Below, piece by piece: positions 49,609 to 61,393 of a DNA stretch of 64,000 bases; position 1 is the stretch's first letter; each line of letters opens with the position of its first letter. The position numbers and the translations under genes are program-made. A model generated the notes under the pieces. It saw only the letters and a program-made list of their open reading frames with translations, had not been told where the DNA came from and did not search any database. Origin of the DNA: an uncultured Nitrospinota bacterium (GTDB taxonomy: Bacteria; Tectomicrobia; Entotheonellia; J063; CAVPRW01). The stretch lies in the NCBI GenBank assembly GCA_963707985.1, contig CAVPRW010000032.1, forward strand, positions 151,919 to 215,918, read 5' to 3'.

Positions 49609-52272
49609 TCATGAGGGTATCAAGCGGCCTACCAAGGCTTTACGTCCTTCGTCGGCCGCGAACAGTAACAGGGCGAAGGGCAGGGCCACCATCCAGGCAG
49701 ACAACGGCAGCGCGGCTGTCCCAAAAATCTTCTGCCCAAAGGGGGAGTATACGATGGCTAGCTGCAGGCCGACCTCCACTAGCATGCCGACCAGCAACAG
49801 GCGGTTGGTGAACAGGCCTAGAGAGAAGACAGAGGCACGAGGGCTGCGGCAGACAAAGCCATTGGCGACTTGTGTCACGATCACCGCGGTCAGGCAGGCG
49901 GTGGTCGCCTGCTGATACAGCAGTACGGGCGGCGTCTGCCCCCAGGACCATCCCCCCTGGAATAAGATGAAGAAATAGCTCCCCATCGCGGCCGCGGCCT
50001 CAATGGGGCCGAGAAAGCCATAAGCCCGCTGCAAGATCCCGAAGGTCAGCAATGGCTCGCCGCGTGGGCGCGGCGGCGCGCGCATCGCATCGCTGGCCGG
50101 CGGCTCCGCGCCCAGCGCCAACGCCGGCAGCATGTCGGTGCCGAGATCAATGGCGAGAATCTGGATGATCGTCAGCGGCAGCGGAATGCCGAACAGCACA
50201 AAGGCCAGATAGGGGACGATCTCCGGGATGTTGCTGGTCAAGATATAGGTGATGAACTTGCGAATGTTCTCGAAGACGGCACGGCCCTCCTCAATGGCCG
50301 CCACGATGGTGGCGAAGTTGTCATCGAGGAGGACCATCTGGGACGCCTCACGGGCCACATCCGTACCGGTCACCCCCATGGCGATGCCGATGTCGGCGTG
50401 CTTCAGCGCCGGGCCATCGTTCACCCCATCCCCTGTGACCGCGACGATCTCGCCCATGTCCTTGAGGACCGTGACGATACGGAGTTTTTGCCGGGGGGTG
50501 GTGCGGGCGAAAATCTGGCAGCCGCGTGCCAGCACCTCCGCCAGCTCGCCGTTGGAGAGCTGTTCCATCTCGTCGCCCACGAGGATTGGCGCCTCGCCGC
50601 TGATGAGCCCGATCTCCCTGCCGATGGCCATCGCCGTGAGCCGGTGGTCGCCCGTGATCATCAGGACGCGAATACCGGCGTCGTGGCAGCGGCGGAGGGC
50701 CTCGGCCACCTCGGGCCGTGGCGGATCCATGATGCCCACTAGCCCTGCAAAGATCAGATCTTGTTCGAGAGCTTCTGGGGAGAACGAGGTGGAGGTTGAA
50801 GCGACCTCTTGATAGGCAAACGCGAGGACCCGCAGGGCGGATCCGGCCATGCCATTCGCTACCTCCAGGATTTCCTCACGCTGGTGCGGCGTGAGAGGGA
50901 CAGTACCCTGTCGAGTGAGCGCTGCACTGCACAGGGGCAGGAGACTCTCCACCGCCCCTTTCGTCAACACGGCTGCGGTCCCTTGGGGCAGGTGATGGAC
51001 CGTGGTCATCCGTTTGCGTTCGGGATCGAACGGCACTTCATAGAGGCGCGCATATCCCGACAGATCGCTTTCAACCGCCTGCGCCGCTGCCTGCAGCAAA
51101 GCCACCTCCAGCGGATCGCCAAGCGCTTTCCCCCCCTCGATGGTGGCATGGTTACACAAGCGACAGGTGAGCCAGAGAAAGGGATTCTCTTCCACAGCCG
51201 GATGGGCTGGCCATTGAAAGAGCTGTCCTCTGGAGAAGAAGGCGCGCACCGCCATGCGGTTTTGGGTGAGCGTCCCGGTTTTGTCGGTGCAGATCACCGT
51301 CGTCGATCCCAGGGCCTCTACCGCAGGGAGATCCTTCACCAGGGCATTGCGTCGCGCCATCCGCTGGCTGGCCATGGAGAGGGCCAGGGTGACCGTCGGG
51401 AGCAGTCCTTCCGGGACATTTGCCACGAGGATGCCGATGGCGAAGATAAAGTTTTCCCAGAAGGTACGGCCAACCACATGGCCCAGGACGAAGAAACTGA
51501 GCCCCATAATCACCGAGAGCACCGTCACCACTCTGGTGACTCGGCGGATCTCCAGCTGCAAGGGGCTGATGTGCAGCGGAACCTCCTGCGTCAGACGGGC
51601 CACTTTGCCGAACTCGGTGGCGTCGCCGGTGGCAAACACGACAGCGCTACCGGAGCCGGAGGACACGGTGGTGCCGGCGAAGACGATGTTCCTGGCCTCA
51701 AACAAGGCATGAGCCTCGTCGGCATCCGAGAAGCGAATCTGCGGTTCAGATTCGCCGGTGAGCGGGGCGTTATCCACCTTCAGGAACGTGACCTCAACCA
51801 TCCGTGCATCGGCTGGAATGCGGTCCCCTTCACCTACCAGGACAAGATCGCCCGGCACGACCTCCCGCGCGTGCACCTCCACCACCTCCCCTCCCCGCCG
51901 CACTTTGACCCGATCGGGGAGGAGCCGGTGCAACGCCGCCGAGGCTCTCTCCGCCTTATACTCCTGGAAGAAAGAGAAGAGAGCATTGATGACGATGACC
52001 GCCACGATGGCGTAGGCCAGCGTCTCCATGCCCTCGCCAGGCTGCAGAGAGCTGGCGAGGTACGCCAAGCACGCGGCGATCCACAACAGGAGAGCGAGGA
52101 AGTGGGTAAACTGTCGGAGCAGCATACGACCAAGGGAGATCCGGCGCGATGGGGACAGCTCGTTCGGCCCGAATTCCCGTACGCGCCGCACCGCCTCGTC
52201 AGTCCCCAGGCCCTGCGAGGAGGTGTGCAGCGCCGTATAGACGTCACCAATAGGGAGGCTTTGAATCTGCAT
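49609..52272 (-). CDS. Cation-transporting type II P-type ATPase
   Basis: LTGES, VPEGL, CTDKTGTLT, KGA, DPPR, TGDGVND. Confidence 0.95.
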   Translation of the reverse strand: MQIQSLPIGDVYTALHTSSQGLGTDEAVRRVREFGPNELSPSRRISLGRMLLRQFTHFLALLLWIAACLAYLASSLQPGEGMETLAYAIVAVIVINALFSFFQEYKAERASAALHRLLPDRVKVRRGGEVVEVHAREVVPGDLVLVGEGDRIPADARMVEVTFLKVDNAPLTGESEPQIRFSDADEAHALFEARNIVFAGTTVSSGSGSAVVFATGDATEFGKVARLTQEVPLHISPLQLEIRRVTRVVTVLSVIMGLSFFVLGHVVGRTFWENFIFAIGILVANVPEGLLPTVTLALSMASQRMARRNALVKDLPAVEALGSTTVICTDKTGTLTQNRMAVRAFFSRGQLFQWPAHPAVEENPFLWLTCRLCNHATIEGGKALGDPLEVALLQAAAQAVESDLSGYARLYEVPFDPERKRMTTVHHLPQGTAAVLTKGAVESLLPLCSAALTRQGTVPLTPHQREEILEVANGMAGSALRVLAFAYQEVASTSTSFSPEALEQDLIFAGLVGIMDPPRPEVAEALRRCHDAGIRVLMITGDHRLTAMAIGREIGLISGEAPILVGDEMEQLSNGELAEVLARGCQIFARTTPRQKLRIVTVLKDMGEIVAVTGDGVNDGPALKHADIGIAMGVTGTDVAREASQMVLLDDNFATIVAAIEEGRAVFENIRKFITYILTSNIPEIVPYLAFVLFGIPLPLTIIQILAIDLGTDMLPALALGAEPPASDAMRAPPRPRGEPLLTFGILQRAYGFLGPIEAAAAMGSYFFILFQGGWSWGQTPPVLLYQQATTACLTAVIVTQVANGFVCRSPRASVFSLGLFTNRLLLVGMLVEVGLQLAIVYSPFGQKIFGTAALPLSAWMVALPFALLLFAADEGRKALVGRLIPS

Positions 52273-52274
52273 GG

Positions 52275-53099
52275 CTACACGCTTCGACGCGAGCGGCAGA
52301 CGAACAGATCACAGGGGGTGCGCCGCATTACGGCCTCGACAGGATTGCCGCGCCGCCATTTGGAGAATAGGCTCCGCTGGCTCGCTCCCATGATAATGAG
52401 ATCGTGGCGGTGACGCGCTGCCTCTTGCATGATCGCCTCATCCACGAGAGGGCCAGTGACGATCCGGACCTGCGGCGCTGTGCCGGCCTCGCGCAGGCTG
52501 TCCACAAACGTGCGGACCTGCCTCTCACCGGCTTCATAGGGCACGGCCTGGCCTCGCCGGCGGACCTCTTCGAGCGTGTGGAAGACGATGAGCTTGGCAC
52601 GAAAGTGTGCCGCCAACCGGGACACCAAGTAGGCGCGCTCGGCAAGGTCGGAGGCACCACCGAGCACCGGCACGAGGATCTGCCGGGGATGGGCGAGCAG
52701 GCCGAGGTGCACCACCCGTACGATGATGAGGGAGCAGTGTAACCCCTCGATCAGGCGTTGTGGGACGGTGCGCAGAAAATAGCGCTGCTCGACATCGTGG
52801 CGCCGCGAGGCGGTCATGACGACGTCGATGTGGTGGGTGTGCACGAGGGCGTTGAGGGTCTGCACCACGTCTCCCCGCTCCATCAAGAGATGTGCCAGCA
52901 CCCCTCTCTCCCCAGCCTCGGAGACGAGTGACCCTGCTGATTGTGCCATGGCCCCTTCCTCTGCGCTCGTCATCGTCGGGGTCAGGACGCCGGCGACAAA
53001 CAGAGTTGCCCCACAGGCCTGCGCCACTGCCACGGCATAACGGGCGGCGGCGTGGGCATTCAACGACTCATCGACGGCGGTCAGGATGCGGTGATACAT
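52275..53099 (-). CDS. Tandem universal stress protein
   Basis: Two USP-like domains (ILTAVD...; ILVPV...DLIIMGAS...GNPVEAVMRRTPCDL). Confidence 0.88.
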   Translation of the reverse strand: MYHRILTAVDESLNAHAAARYAVAVAQACGATLFVAGVLTPTMTSAEEGAMAQSAGSLVSEAGERGVLAHLLMERGDVVQTLNALVHTHHIDVVMTASRRHDVEQRYFLRTVPQRLIEGLHCSLIIVRVVHLGLLAHPRQILVPVLGGASDLAERAYLVSRLAAHFRAKLIVFHTLEEVRRRGQAVPYEAGERQVRTFVDSLREAGTAPQVRIVTGPLVDEAIMQEAARHRHDLIIMGASQRSLFSKWRRGNPVEAVMRRTPCDLFVCRSRRSV

Positions 53100-53284
53100 G
53101 GTCCTCACTCCGAGGATGGGATGCTAATCTTTAGAACGTCACAGCCATGGTGGCACCCTCGGGTTGTCAGCGAAGTTGCCAGATCATTGACATGCATCTC
53201 ATGATTGATCGCGTCAGAGGCCGTGACGGGGCATCTCTCTTGGCAGTGCTCAGGAACTGCCCCTTGCACCGTGAAGATTGCCCT

Positions 53285-53300
53285 TGCATGATTTTTGCCA
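53285..53300 (-). promoter_or_regulatory. sigma54 promoter for usp-ATPase
   Basis: Minus strand reads TGGCAAAAATCATGCA (GG-N10-GC). Confidence 0.65.
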
Positions 53301-53431
53301 ATAGAGTGTACGGGAGGTGCGAGCGGCTGCCACTATTAGGCAGCGCAGCGTGCTCAAGCATGGATGGGGAAGGGATAGCCAATAGAGACTCCCAAGGCGA
53401 AGCGTTGTGGCGTTCAAGGGCAATGACGCCT

Positions 53432-53448
53432 TGGGACAAGATGCCCCA
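53432..53448. promoter_or_regulatory. Palindromic activator site shared by divergent sigma54 promoters
   Basis: TGGGACA-AGA-TGCCCCA. Confidence 0.65.
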
Positions 53449-53659
53449 CGGCAGGTCGACTGGACCCGAAAGCAGCGGCGAAACGGCCGGTCCATGCCAG
53501 GATGCCGCTATGGCCGCCCTGAGTCACAATGCTATACATACATAGGCCCTGCACCTGAGATTGATCGCTCCTTCGGCACATTGGCGCTCGCCTGTTGAAC
53601 GAACCGGGCTGCTCACTCCCCGCCCTCGAGGCGGAGGGTACGCTGTAGTTCGTTTTCCA

Positions 53660-53675
53660 AGGCACAGCGCTTGCT
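53660..53675 (+). promoter_or_regulatory. sigma54 promoter for usp-aminotransferase
   Basis: AGGCACAGCGCTTGCT. Confidence 0.72.
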
Positions 53676-53740
53676 TTATCGCCAGGATGTTGCTGGTTGA
53701 TTGATGGCAATCTCGATGCCCTCGCAAGGAGACGCGCCCC

Positions 53741-54160
53741 ATGTTCAGGAAAATTCTTGTGCCCGTGGACTTATCCGACCGGCACCAACAAGCCTTGGAG
53801 ATCGGCGCGCGACTGGCCAAGGCAAGCGACGGAGAAGTCACGTTGCTGCATGTGATCGAGATCATTCCAGGGCTGACCCTGGAAGAGGAGCGCGATTTCT
53901 ACCAGCGTCTCGAACAGGCGGCCCTCGACCATCTAACGCGGCTCGGTCGGTATCTGGCGGAAAATCACGTTTCCCGACGGGAGGAGATCGTCTATGGGAG
54001 CCGTGCGCCCGAGATCGTGCGCTATGCGATGGAATCCGGGATTGATCTCATCGTGCTGAGTTCGCACCGCATCGACCCCAAGGATCCTGCTGCCGGTTGG
54101 GGAACCGTAAGCTACAAGGTCGGCATTCTATCGCAGTGTCCGGTGCTTCTGGTCAAATAA
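53741..54160 (+). CDS. Universal stress protein
   Basis: MFRKILVPVDLS...DLIVLSSH...GTVSYKV...CPVLLVK. Confidence 0.92.
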   Translation: MFRKILVPVDLSDRHQQALEIGARLAKASDGEVTLLHVIEIIPGLTLEEERDFYQRLEQAALDHLTRLGRYLAENHVSRREEIVYGSRAPEIVRYAMESGIDLIVLSSHRIDPKDPAAGWGTVSYKVGILSQCPVLLVK

Positions 54161-54268
54161 CAATCACTTCCTTGCAGGTCTTGCATTGACTCCAACATCC
54201 GGGCAAGGGCTCACTGTTGATTGACAGGGTTTTCGACGCCGCACGCCCGATAGGGAAAGGAATGGACC

Positions 54269-55558
54269 ATGACCACGCTGTGGACCCAACGCTATGCGCA
54301 ACGTACCCAACGCATGCAGAGTTCCGCCATCCGCGAGCTGCTAAAGCTAACCGAACGCCCAGAGATGATCTCATTTGCCGGCGGTCTACCGGCACCAGAG
54401 GTCTTTCCAGTGGCTGAATTTCAAGTGGCAAGCCAGTCTATCCTTGGCCAACATGGTCCGCAAGCCCTGCAATACAGCACGACCGAAGGCTATCGGCCGC
54501 TGCGGGAGATGATTGCTCGGCATACAGCGCGCTACGGCATCCACGTCGAGCCGGAGAATATCCTCATCACCAGCGGCTCACAACAGGCCCTCGACCTCAT
54601 CGGCAAGATCTTCATCAACCCCGGCGATCGCCTCCTCGTCGAGAAGCCGACCTATGCGGGCGCTTTGCAGGCCTGGAATGCCTATCAAGCTGACTACATC
54701 AGCATTGCCCTGGATGACGAGGGCATGCAGACTGACGCGTTAGAAGCCGCCCTGCGCGCTGGCCCGAAATTCATCTACGTCCTCCCGAACTTTCACAACC
54801 CGGCGGGGGTAACGCTGGCACTGGACCGTCGGCAGCGCTTGGTGGAGCTCGCTGACCGTTACGGTGTGCCGCTTATCGAGGATGATCCCTACGGACAACT
54901 GCGCTACGAAGGGGAGCATCTGCCGCCGCTGGTTGTGCTCGATGGGCAGCTACAGGGGAGAGAGGGAATTCCCTATAGCGGCAACGTCTTGTATCTGAGC
55001 ACCTTTTCAAAAACCTTAGCGCCAGGCTTGCGTCTGGGTTGGGTGGTGGCGCCCGCCGAAGTGATCCAACGGCTGGTGCAGGCCAAACAGGGGGTGGATC
55101 TGCATACGAGCACACTCGCCCAAATGATGGCTTTCGAGGTGGCACGTGGGGGCTTTCTTGACCGCCACGTGCGCTTCATCCGGACGGTGTACAGTGAGCG
55201 CCGAGACGCCATGTTAGCCGCGTTGCAGAAGTATGTGCCTGCCGCCGTGCACTGGACGACGCCGCAGGGGGGCCTCTTCCTGTGGGTGACCCTGCCGGAG
55301 GCAATGGACGCTACCGAAATCCTCCAGGCGGCTATCGCCGAGAACGTCGCCTTCGTCCCTGGCGCGTCCTTCTTCGCCGACGGCTCAGGACGCCATACCT
55401 TGCGCCTGAACTTCTCGAACGCCAATCCGGAGAGGATCAACGAGGGCATGCGGCGCCTCGGAATCGTGCTGGAGCGCGCACTCACGGCCAGTGTTGCGGA
55501 AACTGAGCCACACAGCGATGATGTAACGCATCGGGGAACGTGTTTTCCGTATGGCTAG
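54269..55558 (+). CDS. PLP-dependent class I aminotransferase (LysN-like)
   Basis: ISFAGGLP, PNFHNPAG, EDDPYG, STFSKTLAPGLRLG. Confidence 0.92.
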   Translation: MTTLWTQRYAQRTQRMQSSAIRELLKLTERPEMISFAGGLPAPEVFPVAEFQVASQSILGQHGPQALQYSTTEGYRPLREMIARHTARYGIHVEPENILITSGSQQALDLIGKIFINPGDRLLVEKPTYAGALQAWNAYQADYISIALDDEGMQTDALEAALRAGPKFIYVLPNFHNPAGVTLALDRRQRLVELADRYGVPLIEDDPYGQLRYEGEHLPPLVVLDGQLQGREGIPYSGNVLYLSTFSKTLAPGLRLGWVVAPAEVIQRLVQAKQGVDLHTSTLAQMMAFEVARGGFLDRHVRFIRTVYSERRDAMLAALQKYVPAAVHWTTPQGGLFLWVTLPEAMDATEILQAAIAENVAFVPGASFFADGSGRHTLRLNFSNANPERINEGMRRLGIVLERALTASVAETEPHSDDVTHRGTCFPYG

Positions 55559-55692
55559 GGCCCGTACCCTTGCCCGTGTCGATGAATCGCGTTGGCAGAG
55601 TGGTGTCAGCCAGAGGGGGTCATGCTCCTGGAGCAAGCGGTAATGGGATGGGATGAGCGCTATGGCTGAGGCTGGGGTGTTCGGTCTCGTCA

Positions 55693-55709
55693 TGTGTCAA
55701 TTTGTCCCA
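55693..55709. promoter_or_regulatory. Palindromic activator site upstream of ftsH
   Basis: TGTGTCA-ATT-TGTCCCA; weak GG-N10-GC (TGGCAGGTCATTGGC) at 55788-55802. Confidence 0.55.
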
Positions 55710-55854
55710 TACATTGGATACAAGGGAAGTTGACCACCGGGCTCTGGGTCATGCAACATGATAAGCTCCGGCTCGATGCCAGCAAGCTGGCAGGTCATTG
55801 GCGCGTACCTCATCGGCAAGATATGTCATACTCCAACGGACAGGAGTATCAGTA

Positions 55855-57699
55855 ATGCCCCCCAAGCACAATAAGGATTCAGGATCACCCCTCGGCCACC
55901 AACTGCACCAGCTCCCTTGGCTCATCATGGGTGTGGTCGTGATGCTCTGGATCCTGGCCGCCTACTTCGGGACGGGAGTACAGGCCACCCAGATCCCCTA
56001 CAGCGAGTTCAAGGCGATGATTCGTCAGGATGCGTTTCAGGAGGTGATCCTAGGGACCACTGCCGTGCGGGGCACGGTGAAAACCGCCACAGGGGAATCA
56101 CCCAAGACCTACGAGGCGGTGAGGCCAGAGGATCCGGACCTGCTACGCGAGCTGGAGGCTCGCAATGTTCGCTACCGGGTGGAGGTGCAGAATCCCTGGC
56201 TCTTTCATCTGCTCTCCTGGGTGGTGCCGATCGTGCTGCTCTTCTTTCTCTGGCGCTTCTTCATCGGCCGCGTGGGCGGTGTCGACCGCAATCTCATGGC
56301 CATCGGGCGCAGTAAAGCGAAGGTCTATGTGAACCAAGACACCGGCGTGACGTTCGACGATGTGGCCGGGGTCGACGAGGCCAAAGAAGAGTTGCGCGAG
56401 ATCATCGACTTCCTACGGGAGCCCGCCAAGTACCGGCGCTTGGGCGGTAAAATCCCCAAAGGGGTTCTCCTGGTAGGGCCGCCGGGGACCGGCAAGACGC
56501 TGTTGGCTAAAGCAGTGGCCGGCGAAGCCAAAGTGCCCTTCTTTAGCATGAGCGGTTCGGAATTCGTCGAGCTGTTCGTGGGGGTGGGCGCTGCGCGTGT
56601 CCGCGACTTGTTCGCCCAGGCCCAGGAGCGGGCCCCCTGCATTATCTTCATCGACGAACTCGACGCCCTGGGCAAGGTGCGCAGCATCTCGCCGGTGAGC
56701 GGCGGTCACGAGGAGCGAGAGCAGACGCTGAACCAGCTCCTGGCCGAGATGGACGGCTTCGACACGCAAAAAGGGGTCATCATTTTAGCGGCCACCAACC
56801 GGCCGGAGATTCTCGATCCGGCGCTGCTGCGGGCTGGGCGGTTTGACCGCCACATTCTGGTGGATCGTCCCGACATTCACGGCCGTGAGGAAATCCTCCA
56901 TGTGCACTGCCAGCGTATCCGGTTGGCAGCTGAAGTGGATCTCAAGCTGCTGGCAGCACGCACGCCGGGATTCGTCGGGGCGGACCTGGCCAATGTGGTC
57001 AACGAGGCCGCACTGCTGGCCGCACGCCAGGACAAAGAAGCGGTGGAGATGAGAGATTTCGAGGAAGCCATTAACCGGGTCGTGGCCGGCCTGCAGAAGA
57101 AGCGCCGCGTCATGAGCCAGCAAGAGCTGGAAATCATTGCCTACCACGAGTCGGGCCACGCCTTAGTGGCTGAGTCCCTCCCACATGTCGATCGGGTCCA
57201 TCGGATCTCCATCATTCCCCGGGGCATTGCCGCGCTCGGCTATACCCTGCAGCTGCCGACGCAAGATCGATACCTCATCACGCGCTCCGAACTCCTCGAC
57301 CGTCTCACCGTGCTCATGGGGGGGAGGACAGCCGAGGAGCTGGTCTTTCAGGAGATCTCCACCGGCGCCCAGGATGATCTGGCACGGGCCACGGACATCG
57401 CCCGCAGCATGGTCATGCAATACGGCATGAGCGAGACGCTGGGCCCCCAAACCTATGAACAGGGGCATCCCTCACTCTTCCTGGATCCAACACTGCCCAG
57501 AGCCCGATTGGAGGTCAGCGAAGAAACCAGCCGTGACATCGATCGCGAGGTGCACACCTTGATCGTCGAGGCCCATGAGCGGGCCCACAAGATCCTTGTG
57601 GCGCAACGAGAGATCTTGGATTCGCTGGCTCACCTCCTGCTGGAGAAGGAGACCATCGAGGGGGATGAGGTCCGAGCCATGATGCAGGCCACACGTTAA
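55855..57699 (+). CDS. ftsH: ATP-dependent zinc metalloprotease FtsH
   Basis: Two TMs, [38 protein letters not shown]. Confidence 0.96.
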   Translation: MPPKHNKDSGSPLGHQLHQLPWLIMGVVVMLWILAAYFGTGVQATQIPYSEFKAMIRQDAFQEVILGTTAVRGTVKTATGESPKTYEAVRPEDPDLLRELEARNVRYRVEVQNPWLFHLLSWVVPIVLLFFLWRFFIGRVGGVDRNLMAIGRSKAKVYVNQDTGVTFDDVAGVDEAKEELREIIDFLREPAKYRRLGGKIPKGVLLVGPPGTGKTLLAKAVAGEAKVPFFSMSGSEFVELFVGVGAARVRDLFAQAQERAPCIIFIDELDALGKVRSISPVSGGHEEREQTLNQLLAEMDGFDTQKGVIILAATNRPEILDPALLRAGRFDRHILVDRPDIHGREEILHVHCQRIRLAAEVDLKLLAARTPGFVGADLANVVNEAALLAARQDKEAVEMRDFEEAINRVVAGLQKKRRVMSQQELEIIAYHESGHALVAESLPHVDRVHRISIIPRGIAALGYTLQLPTQDRYLITRSELLDRLTVLMGGRTAEELVFQEISTGAQDDLARATDIARSMVMQYGMSETLGPQTYEQGHPSLFLDPTLPRARLEVSEETSRDIDREVHTLIVEAHERAHKILVAQREILDSLAHLLLEKETIEGDEVRAMMQATR

Positions 57700-58023
57700 G
57701 AGCTCCGCCCGCCCATCGAAGGCTCCACGGCATGCATAGAGCCCACTCGTTCATCCAGCTCTGTACGACACCCGACGTCCATTTATCTCGCCTTCCTTGC
57801 CGCTCGTGATAGCATGGATATACAGGCTCGGGCCTCGTTTTCGCCACGGCTCCAGAGGTGAAAACAACTGTGCAGCGACGTGAGGCGGCAACACCGGTCA
57901 TTGGTGCGAGCGCTGAAATAGTTGACAATGAGGCCGGCACCTCGGCATGCTGAGACCATTATACAACGGTCCAGCGGTTGTCCTCTGGGTTCTCGTGACC
58001 TTCCGCGACGAAGGAGACACAGC

Positions 58024-60181
58024 ATGGCGACGCATGCCGATGAAGGAAATTCCCTTCCACAGCTGACCCCGCGAGAGTTGCAGACCCGCAAAGCCTTTGT
58101 CGGGCTGGATGTTGCTGCCACCAGGGCCTTACAGGCCATACGACCATGGATGGAGGCACATGTCCATGAGGTCGTCGAGGAGTTTTATGCCCATCTCTTG
58201 CGCTTTCAACAACCCCGTTGGCTGCTGGCTGACCCGCAGCGGCTGGCGCATGTCAAGGCGGCGCAGACCGACTCTCTCCTGAGCTTCACGAGGGGCAACT
58301 ACGATATGGCGTACGTCGCCAGCCGGCATACCATTGGGCGCACCCACGCCCGCGTGGGCGTCACCCCGCAATGGTATCTGGGGGCCTTCAGCATCTTCGC
58401 CCGGATCCTCTTCCCTAAAATCCTGGCGTATTATCACGACCGACCGCTGACCGGTATGGCGGCCGTCAAGGCGCTCATCGCCGTCATGCACCTGGATATG
58501 CAACTGGCGATCGACGCCTATTTGGAGGCCTCGCAGGAGACCCTGCAGCAAAATGCCACCGACCTGGAGGACGCAGGTCGCTCTCCCAGACGAGCGCCTT
58601 GGAGGAGCGTGCCCGCCAGCTCGAAACCCTCTATCTGGTCAGCGCCACCGCCAGTCGGGAGTTGGACCTGGAGCAAAGTCTGGGCCTCAACCCTCCCGCT
58701 GATCGTCGACATCGTGGGGGCGGCGGGGGCGGAAGTGCATCTCGCGGATGACGACGGCTGCCTGACCTGGACGGCCAGCCATGGCCTACCGGACAGGTTT
58801 TGTAGAGGCCTCGAAGGCGCAGCGCCTGCAACCAGGAGAAGGACTCATCGGGCAAGCGTTGGCCACCCAGACACCGGTGCTGGTGGACGATCTCCGCCAA
58901 GAGCCTCGGTTCCTCCTCCGTGCGCTGGCCCATGCCAGCGGCTATGAGGCCCTCGTGTGTGTGCCCCTGATGGCCCAGACCAAGGCGGTCGGCACCATCC
59001 AGCTTTACGGGAGTGCGGAGCGGCACCTGTCGCATGAGATCTTGCCCCTCTTGCAAGCCACCTCTGAACAGCTGGCCGTGGCGATTGCCAATGCCCACCT
59101 GCATCAGACGGTGAAAGCCTCGGAGGCCGAGTACCGCAGCCTGGTGGAAAATATCCCGAAAGTCATTTTTCGCCTGGACCTGGAGGGCCGTTGCGTTTTC
59201 GTCAACCGGGCCGTGCAGACCATCCTCGGCTGGCCTGACGAGATGATCGTTCACACTCCCCGCCTGCGAGACCTCCTCGGGCACCCGGACGATTGGCCTG
59301 AAGCCGCCTTGACCCGCGTGTTGAGCGGGGAGATTGTCCAAGGGATAGAGTGCCGCTTACGGCACCGCGATGGCTCGTGGCGCTGGTGTCACCTCACCAT
59401 CTACCCCTGGCAGCGCGGCGAGGCGCGCATCTTCGGGGTCGAGGGGATTGCCGAAGACATCACTGAGCAAAAGCGCCTAGCCCAGGAAATGGCACGCTCG
59501 GAGCGGCTGGCGCTGGCCGGGCAACTGGCCTCCGGATTGGCGCATGAGATCGGCACACCGCTCAATGTGATCGCCGGTACGGCTGAGTTTCTCCTCAGCG
59601 ATTTCCCGGCCGAGGACCCACGGCACGCTGACATGGAGGTCATTAGCCAGGAGAGCCACCGGGTGGCCGACCTGGTACGGCGCTTGCTGGGACTCGTAAG
59701 AGAGCGCAGTGGGCTGCCGTCCGCCGTGGACGTACACGAGTTGCTGGATTACACCTTGCGCCTGTTAGAGCACCGCTTTCAGAAGGAGAAAATCTCCGTG
59801 ATCACGCGGTATGCGGCCGACCTACCGCCGGTGCTAGGGGCGCGGCATGAGTTGGAACAAGTCTTGCTCAACTTGTTCATTAACGCCTGGCATGCCATGC
59901 CTGATGGTGGGACCATCACGATCGTCACGGAACACCGGGGCGCTCAGGCGGTCATCACCATCGTCGACACGGGCTGCGGCATTCCCGAAGAGCATATGAG
60001 TCAGGTGTTCGAGCCATTTTTCACCACGAAACCCCCGGAACAAGGCACCGGGCTGGGGCTGGCCGTGGCGTATCAACTGATTTCCGCGCACGGCGGCCAT
60101 ATCGACATTGCCAGCCAGCTCAATCAGGGGACGACGGTAACCCTTACCCTCCCACTAGCGGAAGGGATCGACAATGCGTAA
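58024..60181 (+). CDS. Globin-coupled sensor kinase (sensor globin-GAF-PAS-HisKA-HATPase); indels around 58570-58800
   Basis: VVEEFYAHL...IGRTHARVGVTPQWYLGAF sensor-globin signature; GAF (PGEGLIGQ, CVPL); PAS; AHEIGTPLN H-box. Confidence 0.88.
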
Positions 60182-60584
60182 GCCCTCACATATTCTCGTC
60201 GTCGATGACAACTCGCGCATGGTCGCCCTGATCAAACGCTGGCTTGGGCGCGCGGGCTATGATGTGACTGGTGTGACGACCGTTTCGGAGGCCTTCGAGG
60301 TCTTGACAGCACATCACCTGGAATGGGTGCTGACGGATCTCATGATGCCGACAGGCGATGGCATGGATGTCCTCGCCTATGCGCGCAACCATCAACCCCA
60401 GGTGAAAGTCATCATTATGACCGCCTTTGGTTCCGAGGCCACTCGGCAGCGGGCTGTCGCCCACGGAGCCCATGCCTTCCTGAGCAAACCCTTTAGTGGC
60501 GAAGCGCTACTGGCTATACTGGACCAGGAACCTCCTTCTGAGTCAATCCCATCGGCGGCGTGCGACGACCACCACGGCTCGTAA
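60174..60584 (+). CDS. Single-domain response regulator
   Basis: ILVVDDN, LTDLMMP, MTAFG, LSKPF. Confidence 0.92.
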   Translation: MRKPSHILVVDDNSRMVALIKRWLGRAGYDVTGVTTVSEAFEVLTAHHLEWVLTDLMMPTGDGMDVLAYARNHQPQVKVIIMTAFGSEATRQRAVAHGAHAFLSKPFSGEALLAILDQEPPSESIPSAACDDHHGS

Positions 60585-60724
60585 CCGCTGACGCGTTGGG
60601 AATGTGCCGCCTGACCCTCCAGCGTCTACTATCCAGCGATTGAGGCATAGCGGATTGTCATCTAGAAGGGCCAGGGGCCTGTGTTCCCTCCGGAAGCCTG
60701 GCGGTCCCGAGCAGGGTTAAGCGT

Positions 60725-60762
60725 AGTGACAAGCTGTCCCCTGACCGAGACATTCTGTCCCA
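60725..60762. promoter_or_regulatory. Tandem activator sites 21 bp apart
   Basis: AGTGACA-AGC-TGTCCCC (60725) and CGAGACA-TTC-TGTCCCA (60746). Confidence 0.65.
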
Positions 60763-60824
60763 TATGTCTCCGCAGCTTCCACACTGCTCCGTCTGCTATG
60801 ACGGCCTCCATGAAAGCTGCATCA

Positions 60825-60840
60825 GGGCACGCAGATTGCT
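60825..60840 (+). promoter_or_regulatory. sigma54 promoter for the CBS gene
   Basis: GGGCACGCAGATTGCT. Confidence 0.72.
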
Positions 60841-60976
60841 CCCACCCTCTGAAGCGCGCAGACACCCGCGGCGCAACGACCGTGCGAAGGCAAAACCTGA
60901 TGTCCACCAAGGCGGCGACCGCTCTGCACGCACGCTTTGGATTTCCGAGTGAACCCTGAATCCATGGGAGGCAAAC

Positions 60977-61393
60977 ATGTCCTATAACGATGTCAAGGTC
61001 AAAGATCTCATGGCAACGAACGTATCGACATTGGGACGCAATGATACCTTGGATCTTGCAGACAATGTCATGAACCTCGATCGCATTCGCCATCTTCCCG
61101 TGCTCGATGAAAAGCGGGTGGTAGGGGTGGTTAGTCAGCGGGACCTGTTTCGTTCAGCACTTGCTGTTGCATTAGGCTATGGAGAACGGGCGCAAGCGAC
61201 GCTTTTGAAGACGCTCAGGGTCAAGGAGGTGATGAGCGAGCCAGCCATCACGATCTCTTCCGAGGCTCCTATCAAGGAAGCCGCTCGCCTGATGATCGAA
61301 AGAAAAATTGGCTGTCTGCCGGTGATCGAGGGAGGGAGGCTTGTGGGCATCGTGACCGAGACAGACATCTTGCGCCACATCGTCGATAACTAA
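60977..61393 (+). CDS. CBS-pair protein
   Basis: KVKDLM...IRHLPV...VGVVSQRDL; KIGCLPV...LVGIVTETDIL. Confidence 0.93.
   Translation: MSYNDVKVKDLMATNVSTLGRNDTLDLADNVMNLDRIRHLPVLDEKRVVGVVSQRDLFRSALAVALGYGERAQATLLKTLRVKEVMSEPAITISSEAPIKEAARLMIERKIGCLPVIEGGRLVGIVTETDILRHIVDN

Noticed and set aside
50809..52413. 534-aa plus-strand ORF and similar long antisense ORFs (e.g. 9804..10694, 27833..28516, 34410..35279)
   Set aside because: Shadow ORFs opposite well-supported genes in GC-rich DNA, with no motifs.
53705..53719. Second sigma54-like motif TGGCAATCTCGATGC before the usp gene
   Set aside because: It would start transcription within the RBS region; the motif at 53660 fits the consensus better.
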